The notes beneath the pieces were generated by a model that was given only the letters and a program-made list of their open reading frames with translations, made no database searches and had not been told where the DNA came from. DNA of 64,000 nt from Bacteroidales bacterium (GTDB taxonomy: Bacteria > Bacteroidota > Bacteroidia > Bacteroidales > UBA4417), in contig OY782677.1 of the NCBI GenBank assembly GCA_963677975.1, positions 643,178-707,177 on the forward strand. The letters run 5' to 3'. The translations under genes were made by a program, and so were the position numbers. This document shows, in pieces, positions 17,736 through 27,808 of the stretch (position 1 is the first letter of the stretch; every line of letters begins with the position of its first letter).

Positions 17736-19136
17736 ATGAAAATCAAATTTATAGGCGCCGCACGCGAAGTTACCGGAAGTAAACACCTGATAACCACTAA
17801 CAGCGGAAAGAAAATCCTGCTCGACTGCGGAATGTTCCAGGGCAAGGGGTTGGAGACAGATTCGCTGAACCGCAACCTGATGTTTAATCCGTCGGAAATT
17901 GATCATGTAATTCTTACCCACGCCCATATCGACCATTCCGGTTTAATCCCATATATCTACAGGCTCGGTTTTCGTGGTTCGGTTATCTGCACAAGCGCCA
18001 CCCGCGATCTGTGTGCAATCATGCTAGCCGACAGCGGCCATATACAGGAAGGTGACGTAAAATGGTTCAATAAACGCAGGGAAGCGAAAGGGCTTACCCC
18101 GGTTGAACCGATTTATAAGGAGGTGGATGCACGCGCATGTATGGAATTGTTTATCGGGATTGCTTACGACCGCAAATTCCGTATCGACGATAACATAAAA
18201 GTTAATTTTACCAATACCGGCCATATGCTCGGCAGTGGAACAGCTACACTGGAGATTACCGAGAACGGGAAAACCACCCGGATTGCCTATACAGGTGATA
18301 TCGGTCGCAAGGTGAGCCGGATTCTGAGATCACCGGAACCCTTTCCCCAGTGCGATTATCTGATAACAGAAGCGACTTACGGCAACAGGCTCCATCCGCC
18401 CCTGCAGGAAGCAGAAACCGAACTTTTAAGGGTCATCCGCGAGACGTGTGTCGAAAGAGGAGGAAAGGTCATTATTCCTTCTTTTGCAATTGGCCGGACC
18501 CAGGAAGTAGTTTATACGCTGAATAATTTTTTCAACCAGGGACTGCTGCCCAGGGTAAATATTTATGTTGACAGCCCACTTGCCGTTAATGCAACCGATA
18601 TTTTCCGCCTGCATACCGATATCCTGAATGCAGATGTTGCTCATGTAATGCTCACCGACCCTGATCCATTCGGATTTAATTCACTTTACTATATCAAAAG
18701 CCCAGAGGATTCAAAAAGGCTCAATCAGGTTAAAAAACCCTGTGTGATCATTTCAGCATCAGGTATGATGGAAGCCGGGCGGATCAAGCATCACCTGGCC
18801 AATAATATCGAAAATCCCAATAATACCATACTTGCAGTTGGCTATTGCGGACCAAGGACACTTGGCGCACGCATCCTTGGAGGCGATGACGAAGTTTCCA
18901 TTTTTGGTATCCGGCATCCGGTAAAGGCAAATATCGAACAGATCGAAGCATTCTCAGGGCATGGTGATTATAACGAAATGGCTGATTTCGTTGGTTGCCA
19001 GGATGCCTCGCAGATTAAAAAAGTTTTCCTGGTGCATGGTGAATACGATGCACAAACAGCCTATAAAGCAACACTCGAAAAGAGAAATTTTCGAAATATT
19101 GAAATCCCGGTTGCCGGTGAAGAGTTTGAACTTTAG
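17736..19136 (+). CDS. MBL-fold metallo-hydrolase of the beta-CASP / RNA-metabolising type
   Basis: HVILTHAHIDHSG (HxHxDH), with later D/H motifs and a C-terminal FLVHGE. Confidence 0.88.
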   Translation: MKIKFIGAAREVTGSKHLITTNSGKKILLDCGMFQGKGLETDSLNRNLMFNPSEIDHVILTHAHIDHSGLIPYIYRLGFRGSVICTSATRDLCAIMLADSGHIQEGDVKWFNKRREAKGLTPVEPIYKEVDARACMELFIGIAYDRKFRIDDNIKVNFTNTGHMLGSGTATLEITENGKTTRIAYTGDIGRKVSRILRSPEPFPQCDYLITEATYGNRLHPPLQEAETELLRVIRETCVERGGKVIIPSFAIGRTQEVVYTLNNFFNQGLLPRVNIYVDSPLAVNATDIFRLHTDILNADVAHVMLTDPDPFGFNSLYYIKSPEDSKRLNQVKKPCVIISASGMMEAGRIKHHLANNIENPNNTILAVGYCGPRTLGARILGGDDEVSIFGIRHPVKANIEQIEAFSGHGDYNEMADFVGCQDASQIKKVFLVHGEYDAQTAYKATLEKRNFRNIEIPVAGEEFEL

Positions 19137-19240
19137 ACTTAGTGGATTTTAGGGAATTGTAATTCGTATAATTTTACCCGTGTGTAATCCAATAGGCTTT
19201 ATACCTCAGGATAATAGTCTGGTTGCTTTAAACTATAGGT

Positions 19241-19861
19241 TTAATCGTATACGGTTATCCTTGTTCCCGGCAATTCGCCGCTTATTTTTTTCAGTTTTCC
19301 AATAAGGTTCCTATCCATGCTCATCATATCATAATATTCAAAACGGACTTTATTATCGTCACTGGAAATTGATTTAATTTTTCCCTCAATCGTATTATCC
19401 ATAAAATCGTAATAAGCGAAAGTAATTTTATAGGAACCTAAGCTAATACTTTTCAATTTCCCGATGCTCTTGGTATCGATAATAAACGAATCATAGTAAA
19501 TGAATTTGATTATATCCGATCCAACTAAGAGTGATTTGATTTTCCCTTCGAGTGCCTTGTCCAGATCGGTATAGTCGTAATAATTTATTTCATTCAACTG
19601 CAGGCCATTGTATAGTATCCTCCCATCAGCAAAATCGAGGTAGGAGCCAGCAAGTGAAAACTCAATCCGGGCAATGTTAAGCGAATCAAAATAGATGTTG
19701 GTTATCGCAAGCTTATCCTGAATGTTCTCATTATCAGCATATCGCCATGTGTAATTATTGTAGAGAATTACTTTTTCGCCATTCTGGGTCAATGCACTGA
19801 TTTGAGAAAATGATGCTAATTGAAGTAGCGTAAATACTGTGAGTAATATAAATGGTTTCAT
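19241..19861 (-). CDS. Secreted protein built from ~25-28-aa repeats (G-K-[IL]-K-S-I ... Y-Y-D)
   Basis: MKPFILLTVFTLLQLASFSQ signal and four to five degenerate repeats. The ATG at 19861 is preferred because a -7 box overlaps the longer start. Confidence 0.65.
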   Translation of the reverse strand: MKPFILLTVFTLLQLASFSQISALTQNGEKVILYNNYTWRYADNENIQDKLAITNIYFDSLNIARIEFSLAGSYLDFADGRILYNGLQLNEINYYDYTDLDKALEGKIKSLLVGSDIIKFIYYDSFIIDTKSIGKLKSISLGSYKITFAYYDFMDNTIEGKIKSISSDDNKVRFEYYDMMSMDRNLIGKLKKISGELPGTRITVYD

Positions 19862-19879
19862 AATGGCGGAATTATTATA

Positions 19880-19887
19880 CAAACATA
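19880..19887 (-). promoter_or_regulatory. -7 box (TATGTTTG)
   Basis: TAnnTTTG 18 nt upstream of the ATG at 19861. Confidence 0.35.
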
Positions 19888-20061
19888 CAGGAAATTAGTA
19901 TTCTTGAAAAACCGTAATGAGAATTCATAAAATTGAAATTTATTTCCGGACTTGCGCATGAGAACGGAGCTTCAGCAGGAAGATATCCCAAACATAAAGA
20001 AGTTTCTAACTATAAAGCACTCTTAATCCGAAAACACATAAAGATAAACGGTTTCAATTCT

Positions 20062-20069
20062 TAACTTTG
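20062..20069 (+). promoter_or_regulatory. -7 box (TAACTTTG)
   Basis: TAnnTTTG 33 nt upstream of the ATG at 20103. It overlaps the TTG start used in the ORF track. Confidence 0.35.
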
Positions 20070-20102
20070 ACAAATATAAACCCAGACGCAACATACATTT
20101 CC

Positions 20103-21152
20103 ATGAATTCGTCCACATCAATTCAAACTGGTATTGTCGGCTTCGGTCTTTCGGGACAAGTTTTTCATGCTCCGTTCATTGATAAAAATCCCAACTTCAA
20201 CCTGCGTAAAATAGTTACTTCGCAGTCACTGGCGGCACGCAAATACCCCAAAGCAAAAATTGCAGCTTCCATTGACGATCTGCTTGCTGATCCTGCGATC
20301 GACCTGGTTGTTATCTGTACACCGAACGCTTTGCATTATACTCAGGCAAAAACTGCCCTGCTGGCGGGAAAACATGTAATAGTTGAGAAGCCTTTTTCGG
20401 CAACTTCATTGCAAGCCCAAAGCCTGATAGAATTAGCCGGCGAAACAGGGAAATTCATTTTCCCTTACCATAACCGCCGCTGGGACAGCGATTTCCTTAC
20501 CCTGAAACAGATTATCGCACATGGCAGTCTTGGCAGAATTGTGGATTACGAATCGCGCTTCGACAGGTATACACCAGAGATTATGCGGGCTCCATGGAAG
20601 TATCAGCAAGCTGAAGGCGGAGGTACTTTGTTCGACCTTGGGACCCACTTGATCGACCAGGCCTTAGACCTTTTCGGGAAACCGGAAGGTGTTTTCTGCC
20701 AGCTGTTCAACCAGCGCGAAGGTAGCGTGACCGACGACAGTTTCGACCTGAGACTCATTTATCCCGGTCTTAATGTTACTATTAAAGCTAGCGTTTTCGT
20801 GAAGGAGGCAGGACCTCGTTTCCAGGTGCATGGCACCACAGGTTCATTTGTAAAATATGGACTCGATCCGCAGGAAGCTGCACTTAAAAAAGGTAAAAAA
20901 CCCGGCAGCAGGAGATTTGGGTTAGAAGCCGTTTCAACCTATGGAATTCTGAACACAATAGCTTCAGGAAAGGAATTACGGGCGCGCTGTATTGCTTTGC
21001 CAGGCAATTACATGGCTTTTTACGATAATGTATATTCGGTTATCTTAAGCGCTGCCGAAACTATTGTAAAACCTGAAGATGCGTTACTCAATATCCGGAT
21101 TATTGAAGCTGCCCTCGGCAGCCAGGCCGAACAAAGGATAATACAACTATAG
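20103..21152 (+). CDS. Gfo/Idh/MocA family NAD(P)-dependent oxidoreductase
   Basis: IQTGIVGFGLSGQVFHAPFI Rossmann start and a VIVEKPF motif. Confidence 0.85.
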   Translation: MNSSTSIQTGIVGFGLSGQVFHAPFIDKNPNFNLRKIVTSQSLAARKYPKAKIAASIDDLLADPAIDLVVICTPNALHYTQAKTALLAGKHVIVEKPFSATSLQAQSLIELAGETGKFIFPYHNRRWDSDFLTLKQIIAHGSLGRIVDYESRFDRYTPEIMRAPWKYQQAEGGGTLFDLGTHLIDQALDLFGKPEGVFCQLFNQREGSVTDDSFDLRLIYPGLNVTIKASVFVKEAGPRFQVHGTTGSFVKYGLDPQEAALKKGKKPGSRRFGLEAVSTYGILNTIASGKELRARCIALPGNYMAFYDNVYSVILSAAETIVKPEDALLNIRIIEAALGSQAEQRIIQL

Positions 21153-21240
21153 CCTTGTTAACCTAAAAAGACTGATGCCCTACTTGGTATTTCATCGTTA
21201 TATTAAGCCGGATTTTTTCCTGCTATTAAAAAGCTTCGTT

Positions 21241-21248
21241 TATTTTTG
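21241..21248 (+). promoter_or_regulatory. -7 box (TATTTTTG) for cstA
   Basis: TAnnTTTG 15 nt upstream of the ATG at 21264. It overlaps the TTG start at 21246. Confidence 0.35.
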
Positions 21249-21263
21249 CACAAAACAATTCTT

Positions 21264-22733
21264 ATGATCACCTTCCTCCTCTCGATCGTTGCGCTTGTTA
21301 TTGGCTACCTGCTCTATGGCTCCTTTGTTGAAAAAGTTTTTGGAATTGACACCACCAGACCAACACCGGCAGCAACGTTGACTGATGGTGTTGATTATGT
21401 CCCGATGAAATGGAGTAAGATATTCTTGATCCAGTTTCTGAATATTGCCGGTTTAGGGCCGATATTCGGTGCCATCGCAGGTGCTGTGTGGGGGCCGGTA
21501 GCTTTTGTGTGGATCGTTTTCGGGGCCATTTTTGCCGGTGCTGTTCACGATTTTATGTCGGGGATGATGTCGCTGCGCATGAACGGGTTGAGCATACACG
21601 CCATCGTTGGTAAATATATGGGCGAGGGTGTAAAGCAGTTTATGAGCCTGTTTACCGTTGCTATGATGATTCTGGTAGGAGCTGTATTTATCATGGGGCC
21701 TGCCAAAATCCTTTCGGGTCTTACCCCAGGGTATGTTACTGTAACTGCCTGGGCTACAATTATCTTTATCTATTACGTGTTGGCCACCATGTTGCCGATT
21801 GATAAGCTGATCGGTAGGATTTACCCTTTTTTCGGGTTTGCAATGCTTTTTATGGCTGTCGGAATAGGCGGAACCATGATCATAAACGGCTTGCCTATTC
21901 CTGAACTGGTTCCCGCCAATTTTGCGAATATGAATGCCAACCCGGGCAAGTTCCCGATATTCCCAATGCTTTTTGTGACTATTGCCTGCGGAGCAATTTC
22001 GGGATTCCATTCTACTCAATCCCCTTTAATGGCCCGATGTATCACAACTGAAAAATATGGCCGTCGTGTATTTTACGGAGCTATGATTACCGAAGGACTG
22101 GTTGCATTGATCTGGGCTGCCGTGGCTATGAGTTTCTTTGGCGGTGTTAGGGAGCTGAATGATGTTTTGGCTTTGCAGAAAGGAAATGCTGCCTGGATTG
22201 TAAATGAAATTTCGAATACCCTGCTGGGCCGTTTTGGAGCCATACTTGCCATACTGGGTGTTGTTGCAGCTCCTATTACCTCAGGCGATACTGCTTTCCG
22301 CAGCGCAAGGCTGATTGTCGCCGATTTTTTTAAATTTGAACAAAAAAGTATTAAAAACCGGCTTATACTCACAACCCCGCTTTTTATAATCGGGTTTCTG
22401 CTTACCCAAATCGACTTTGCCATTATATGGCGTTATATGGCCTGGTCGAACCAAACACTGGCAACCATTGTACTCTGGGCCATCACAATTTACCTGGCAA
22501 CAGAACGAAAACTTTTCTGGATCACATTAATACCTGCCGTATTTATGTCGGCCGTGGTATCAACATACATACTTGTGGCTCCCGAAGGATTTGAAATTAC
22601 TACTTACTACGGGCAGGTTGCCGGGGTATGCATTGGCTTGGCTCTCATGGTGTGGTTCCTGTTATGGAATCATTCAACTAAACAGCTTGTTCCTGTTGAA
22701 GTAAGTGCTAGAAACCCACATATAGACGTTTAG
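21264..22733 (+). CDS. cstA: Carbon starvation protein CstA family transporter (short form)
   Basis: Polytopic protein with FLNIAGLGPIFGAIAGAVWGP and ACGAISGFHSTQSP, which are conserved CstA motifs. Confidence 0.85.
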   Translation: MITFLLSIVALVIGYLLYGSFVEKVFGIDTTRPTPAATLTDGVDYVPMKWSKIFLIQFLNIAGLGPIFGAIAGAVWGPVAFVWIVFGAIFAGAVHDFMSGMMSLRMNGLSIHAIVGKYMGEGVKQFMSLFTVAMMILVGAVFIMGPAKILSGLTPGYVTVTAWATIIFIYYVLATMLPIDKLIGRIYPFFGFAMLFMAVGIGGTMIINGLPIPELVPANFANMNANPGKFPIFPMLFVTIACGAISGFHSTQSPLMARCITTEKYGRRVFYGAMITEGLVALIWAAVAMSFFGGVRELNDVLALQKGNAAWIVNEISNTLLGRFGAILAILGVVAAPITSGDTAFRSARLIVADFFKFEQKSIKNRLILTTPLFIIGFLLTQIDFAIIWRYMAWSNQTLATIVLWAITIYLATERKLFWITLIPAVFMSAVVSTYILVAPEGFEITTYYGQVAGVCIGLALMVWFLLWNHSTKQLVPVEVSARNPHIDV

Positions 22734-22776
22734 ATCTTGCTAACACTACCATTTTATTTTACTTCCCTAATTTCTC

Positions 22777-22784
22777 TACCTTTG
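22777..22784 (+). promoter_or_regulatory. -7 box (TACCTTTG) for cysS
   Basis: TAnnTTTG 20 nt upstream of the ATG at 22805. Confidence 0.4.
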
Positions 22785-22804
22785 CACCTTGCTAAAATTG
22801 AAGC

Positions 22805-24274
22805 ATGGAAAATAACCTATACGTTCACAATACATTAACGCGTCAAAAGGAACTTTTCGTTCCTATCAATACTCCTCATGTCGGTATGTATGTTTGCGGA
22901 CCGACTGTTTATGGTGACGCACATCTCGGGCATGCACGGCCGGCTATTACTTTTGACCTGGTGTTCCGTTATCTGAAGCATTTGGGCTACAAAGTCCGTT
23001 ATGTGCGTAATATCACCGACGTAGGTCACCTCGAAAACGATGCCGACGAAGGCGAAGATAAAGTTGCCAAAAAAGCGCGCCTCGAACAGCTCGAACCCAT
23101 GGAAGTGGTGCAGTATTTTACTGATCGCTACCATGCTGCCATGGATAAACTCAATGTGCTGAAACCGAGCATCGAGCCCCGCGCTTCGGGACATATTATC
23201 GAACAGATTGCTATGGTGAAAACTATCCTGAAAGAAGGAATGGGATACATCAGCCAGGGGTCTGTTTATTTTGACGTTGAAAAATACAGCAAGGAACATA
23301 AATATGGAATCCTGTCGGGCCGGGTGCTTGAGGATCTTTTGTCGAATACACGTGAACTGGAAGGACAGGATGAAAAACGCCACAGCTTCGATTTCGCTCT
23401 TTGGAAAAAGGCTCAGCCCGAACATATTATGCGCTGGCCTTCCGATTGGAGCGACGGTTTCCCTGGCTGGCATCTTGAATGCTCGGCCATGAGTGCCCGA
23501 TATCTTGGCGAGCAGTTCGATATTCACGGCGGAGGCATGGACCTGCTTTTCCCGCATCACGAGAGCGAAATAGCACAAAGCACCATTGCCAACCATAAAA
23601 CACCTGCCAAATACTGGCTTCATAACAATATGATCACCATCAACGGGCAAAAGATGGGTAAGTCGTTGGGCAATTTCATTCAACTGGATGAGTTCTTCGA
23701 AGGCCGTCATGCCTCTCTCGAAAAGGCCTATAGCCCAATGACGGTGCGTTTCTTTATCCTCCAGGCGCATTACCGCAGTCCGCTCGATTTCAGCAACGAA
23801 GCCTTACAGGCATCCGAAAAAGGATTCCAGCGGCTGATGAAAAGCATTGTAACCCTCGAAAAACTGGTTCCGGCAAACAAATCCACGGTCGATATTCCTG
23901 CTGTACAGGCTAAGTGCTACGAGGCCATGAACGACGACCTTAACAGCCCTATACTTATTGCTCATCTTTTCGATGCTGCACGAATAATAAATTCGGTGGC
24001 TGATAAAAAGGAGAATCTTACAGGCGAAGATATCAGCCTGCTTCGGACTATTATGCATACATTTGTTTTCGACATACTTGGTTTACTTCCCGAAAACGAT
24101 CCGCAGGCAGGCAACGCCGTTATAAGCAACCTGGTGCAGATCATTCTTGATTTACGGATCGAAGCCCGTACCAACAAGGACTGGGCCGGCAGCGACCGAC
24201 TGCGCGATGCCCTGGCAAAAGCAGGGGTAATTATTAAGGACACCAAAGATGGGGCAACCTGGGAGCTGGAATAA
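22805..24274 (+). CDS. cysS: Cysteine--tRNA ligase
   Basis: [19 protein letters not shown] (HIGH), GWHLECSAM and KMGKSLGN (KMSKS). Confidence 0.95.
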   Translation: MENNLYVHNTLTRQKELFVPINTPHVGMYVCGPTVYGDAHLGHARPAITFDLVFRYLKHLGYKVRYVRNITDVGHLENDADEGEDKVAKKARLEQLEPMEVVQYFTDRYHAAMDKLNVLKPSIEPRASGHIIEQIAMVKTILKEGMGYISQGSVYFDVEKYSKEHKYGILSGRVLEDLLSNTRELEGQDEKRHSFDFALWKKAQPEHIMRWPSDWSDGFPGWHLECSAMSARYLGEQFDIHGGGMDLLFPHHESEIAQSTIANHKTPAKYWLHNNMITINGQKMGKSLGNFIQLDEFFEGRHASLEKAYSPMTVRFFILQAHYRSPLDFSNEALQASEKGFQRLMKSIVTLEKLVPANKSTVDIPAVQAKCYEAMNDDLNSPILIAHLFDAARIINSVADKKENLTGEDISLLRTIMHTFVFDILGLLPENDPQAGNAVISNLVQIILDLRIEARTNKDWAGSDRLRDALAKAGVIIKDTKDGATWELE

Positions 24275-24396
24275 TGTCGGATGTTAGATGTCGGATGTTT
24301 GTTGATTATGAGAAGGGGATGGACTGATGGGATTGAGGAGATTGATGGGTCTGAGAAACGTCGTTTTAAATCTGAAATCCTGAAGCAATTGAAATA

Positions 24397-24466
24397 CGCG
24401 GAGCGCATTGAATCTTGTATGCCGAAGGCTTTGAACCCTTGAACACGCGAAGCGCATTGGACTTTT
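24397..24466 (+). repeat. Two ~20-nt imperfect direct repeats (CGCGGAGCGCATTGAATCTT / CGCGAAGCGCATTGGACTTT) 49 nt apart
   Basis: About 16 of 20 positions are identical by eye, inside the cysS-M2 spacer. TTGAAC recurs four times nearby (24431, 24439, 24465, 24497). Confidence 0.6.
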
Positions 24467-24522
24467 GAACAAATGAATAAACAAATAACAGGACAGTTGA
24501 ACTAACTAATCCCTTTTATACT

Positions 24523-26211
24523 ATGAAAATCTTTAACCGAATTATCCTGTTAATGGCATTACTTTCGGTAATTGCTTTCGACGGATGTAAAAACAACAAA
24601 TCAAAAATGCAAAAAGAACTGCTTACTTTCATTAAAAAATTCGATTCGGTGGTTCAGCCACTAACCAAAGAATCGGCCATAGCATACTGGAACGCTTCAA
24701 TCAGCGGTAATGACGAAGACTGGAAAAAATCAGAAGACCTTAACATTGAACTCACCAAAGTTTATTCAAACAAGGAGGATTTCGCTGTCCTGAAAAGAAT
24801 AAAGGAATCGGGGGCCATTACCGACGAATTGCTTAAAAGGCAACTCGAAGTAATGTATAACTCATACCTGGGCAACCAGGTCGACACGGCTTTGCTCAAC
24901 AGCGCTATAAAAATGCAGACCGAAGTCGAAAAGAAATATTCGAACTTCCGTGCCGATGTAAATGGCAAAAAGCTCAGCGACAATGAGGTGGAAGAGGTGT
25001 TGAAAACCTCCGCCAATTCGAAGGAACTGCAGCAGGCATGGGAGGGCCACAAAGCCATAGGACCTGTTGTTGCACAAGATATCATAAACCTTGTGAAAAA
25101 ACGCAACGAAATAGCCAAACAACTGGGCTTCAACAACTATCACGAGATGAGCCTTAAGCTCAGTGAGCAGGATCCGGAAGAAATCAGTTCGCTTTTTGAT
25201 GAACTCGATAACCTTACCCGCGACTCATTTGCAGGTTTAAAGGGCGAAATCGACACTTATCTTTCGAAACGCGACAACCTGAAACCAGAAGAACTGATGC
25301 CATGGCATTACCAGAACAGGTTTTTCCAGGAAGCACCTGCCATTTACAGCGTCGATCTGGATAAATATTACAAAACGAAAAATATCGAGACACTCACAAC
25401 CGAATATTATGCCAGCATAGGCCTCGATATTAAGGATATGCTTGCAAAAAGCGACCTGTATGAGAAACCCGGCAAAAATCAGCATGCCTATTGTATTGAT
25501 ATTGATAACATTAGCGACATCAGGGTACTTTGTAATATTAAGCCAAATGCCAGCTGGATGGGCACCATGCTCCACGAGTTCGGCCATGCCAATTACGATA
25601 AATATATTGATCCGCAGTTGCCGTTTGTGCTTCGCAACCCGGCTCATACTTTCACCACCGAGGCAATTGCCATGTTTTTCGGCCGCATGTCGTCGAATGC
25701 TCAGTTCCTGGTTGATATGAAACTCACCGATACGGCCGATGCACATAAAGTTGCTGCCGAAGGATTCAAGGTGCTTAGGCTCGAACAGCTTGTATTCAGC
25801 CGCTGGGCGCAGGTAATGTACCGCTTCGAAAAAGCGCTGTATGCCGATCCCGACCAGGATCTGAATAAACTGTGGTGGGACCTCGTCGAAAAATACCAGA
25901 TGATAAAACGCCCTGCAGGTCGCAACCAGCCCGATTGGGCCAGCAAGATTCATATTGCCACTTCGCCCTGTTATTATCACAATTACCTGCTTGGCGAGTT
26001 ACTCGCATCGCAGTTCAACCATTATATTGCTGCCAATGTGCTTAAGTCGGACAATTTCGGGCAGTGTTATTACGGGAAAACCGAAGTTGGCGATTACTTT
26101 AAAGAAAATGTATTTAAACCCGGTGCCCGTTACAGTTGGAACGAAATGATCGAAAAAGCAACAGGCGAAAAACTTACGGCCAAATATTATGCCGAGCAGT
26201 TTGTGAAATAA
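24523..26211 (+). CDS. M2 family (angiotensin-converting-enzyme-like) zinc metallopeptidase, lipoprotein
   Basis: Lipobox AFDGC. The motif LHEFGHANYDKYIDPQLPFVLRNPAHTFTTEAIAMF parallels ACE HEMGH...NPGFHEAIGD. The N-terminal AYWNASISG resembles ACE. Confidence 0.75.
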   Translation: MKIFNRIILLMALLSVIAFDGCKNNKSKMQKELLTFIKKFDSVVQPLTKESAIAYWNASISGNDEDWKKSEDLNIELTKVYSNKEDFAVLKRIKESGAITDELLKRQLEVMYNSYLGNQVDTALLNSAIKMQTEVEKKYSNFRADVNGKKLSDNEVEEVLKTSANSKELQQAWEGHKAIGPVVAQDIINLVKKRNEIAKQLGFNNYHEMSLKLSEQDPEEISSLFDELDNLTRDSFAGLKGEIDTYLSKRDNLKPEELMPWHYQNRFFQEAPAIYSVDLDKYYKTKNIETLTTEYYASIGLDIKDMLAKSDLYEKPGKNQHAYCIDIDNISDIRVLCNIKPNASWMGTMLHEFGHANYDKYIDPQLPFVLRNPAHTFTTEAIAMFFGRMSSNAQFLVDMKLTDTADAHKVAAEGFKVLRLEQLVFSRWAQVMYRFEKALYADPDQDLNKLWWDLVEKYQMIKRPAGRNQPDWASKIHIATSPCYYHNYLLGELLASQFNHYIAANVLKSDNFGQCYYGKTEVGDYFKENVFKPGARYSWNEMIEKATGEKLTAKYYAEQFVK

Positions 26212-26238
26212 TCTCATCAGTCCTTTTAAATCCCAACC

Positions 26239-26269
26239 AGCCCTTTCATCCCCGATGGAAGGGCTTTTT
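26239..26269 (+). terminator. Rho-independent terminator after the M2 peptidase gene
   Basis: AGCCCTTTCA-TCCCCGA-TGGAAGGGCT followed by TTTT. Confidence 0.7.
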
Positions 26270-26436
26270 GATTTCAGGAAGTCAGGTTGAAGTTTTTTTT
26301 ACCGGATATTATTTTAAATCGGAACTCTTCCGGGTTAAAATATGAAATCAATACTCGTTAGTCGGTAAAATACCGCTATCTGTCCATAAACAAGCCATCT
26401 ATATATATCAGGTTATGAATGGCTTTTTTGTGGATA

Positions 26437-26444
26437 TAATTTTG
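26437..26444 (+). promoter_or_regulatory. -7 box (TAATTTTG) for the efflux operon
   Basis: TAnnTTTG 13 nt upstream of the ATG at 26458 and 28 nt upstream of the alternative ATG at 26473. Confidence 0.35.
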
Positions 26445-26457
26445 TTCCGTTCAATCA

Positions 26458-27798
26458 ATGATCGGAAACGCGATGAAACACAATAAATTCAAATTTTATC
26501 TTTTATTCATTATCTCCAGTTTTTTTGCTGCCCAGGCCAACGGCCAGGAAAAATCTAAGGAATGGGATTTGCGGACTTGTATAAATTATGCCCTGCAGAA
26601 CAATATCCAGATTAAAAAACAACAGCAAGCGGTCGAAATCAACAAAGTCGACTTTGAGCAAAGCAAAGCTGAGCGCCTTCCCAACCTGAATGGCGGTATA
26701 AACCAGTCCTTCACCAACCAGATGGCGGCTTCAGGAAGCAAACAGGAACAATCCTACACGGGTAACTATTCCCTGCAGTCGGATATGGTTTTGTATAATG
26801 GCAATAAACTCAATAACACGATATCACAAAATGAATTGCTGGTTAAATCGGGCGAACTATCAGTAAAGGAAGCTGAAAATAATATGGAACTCACCATTAC
26901 AACAGCTTACCTGAAAATACTATATGCTAAGGAATCGGTGGTAAATGCCAAAAACACATTAATTTCATCTGAAACCCAGAACAAACGGGCAAAAGTGTTA
27001 TTTGAGGCAGGTTATATAGCCGAAAGCAATTACGCCCAGGTGCAATCGCAATACAGCAGCGATAAATATGCTCTTGTGGTAGCGAATAATACGATGAATT
27101 TGCTCATCCTTCAGTTAAAGCAGCTATTGCAGTTGGGGATTAACGATACACTTGTTGTAAAGTTCCCGGTATTGGACGATAATCAGGTATTGAAACCACT
27201 TCCTGCAAAACAGGATGTATACAACACCGTCATCCGCACAAAGCCGGAAGTTGAAAACAGCAAAGTAAATATGGATGTAGCCGCAATTGATCTGGATATT
27301 GCAAAGGCCGGTTTGCTCCCAAGTCTTTCGCTCAGTGCCGGTCTTGCATCGGGCCATAATTCCCTTGTTTCGGAAAATTATGCAACTCAGCTGGGAAAGA
27401 ATTTTTACCAGAATGCGGGCCTCAGCCTTAATATCCCGATCTTCAATAAAAAACAGGTAAAATCATCCATATCGAAAGCCCAGATTGGGATTGAAACAGC
27501 GAAACTTTCGTATGCCGAAACCCAGACAACCCTGCTCACCGAAGTTGAAACAGCTTACCTCGATGCGGTTTCGGCACAGGGTCGGTTCCAGGCAGCAACA
27601 GAACAGCTTAAATACATTCAGGTAAGTTATTCACTTATCGAAGAGCAATTTAACCTGGGGATGAAAAATACGGTGGAATTGCTCACCGAGAAAACCAATT
27701 TCTTAACCGCACAGCAGGAATACCTGCAGGCTAAGTATACGGCCATTCTCAACTACAAAATCCTTGATTTTTATCAGAACAAACCGATAGATCTTTGA
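26458..27798 (+). CDS. TolC family outer membrane efflux protein
   Basis: Signal peptide; WDLRTCINYALQNNIQIK start; two OEP repeats. Confidence 0.9.
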   Translation: MIGNAMKHNKFKFYLLFIISSFFAAQANGQEKSKEWDLRTCINYALQNNIQIKKQQQAVEINKVDFEQSKAERLPNLNGGINQSFTNQMAASGSKQEQSYTGNYSLQSDMVLYNGNKLNNTISQNELLVKSGELSVKEAENNMELTITTAYLKILYAKESVVNAKNTLISSETQNKRAKVLFEAGYIAESNYAQVQSQYSSDKYALVVANNTMNLLILQLKQLLQLGINDTLVVKFPVLDDNQVLKPLPAKQDVYNTVIRTKPEVENSKVNMDVAAIDLDIAKAGLLPSLSLSAGLASGHNSLVSENYATQLGKNFYQNAGLSLNIPIFNKKQVKSSISKAQIGIETAKLSYAETQTTLLTEVETAYLDAVSAQGRFQAATEQLKYIQVSYSLIEEQFNLGMKNTVELLTEKTNFLTAQQEYLQAKYTAILNYKILDFYQNKPIDL

Positions 27799-27808
27799 GG
27801 AGGAAGAG

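Noticed and set aside
22835-23770. 311-aa minus-strand ORF inside cysS.
   Set aside because: It is antisense to a clear cysteine-tRNA ligase and has no recognisable domain, so I treat it as a typical shadow frame.
24275-24522. Possible CRISPR array or minisatellite in the cysS-M2 spacer.
   Set aside because: The repeats are only about 11 to 20 nt long, imperfect and irregularly spaced. No repeat-spacer periodicity or cas genes are present.
24762-25980. Several minus-strand ORFs of 81 to 247 aa inside the M2 peptidase gene.
   Set aside because: They are antisense shadows. The plus frame carries the lipobox and the HExxH...E motifs.
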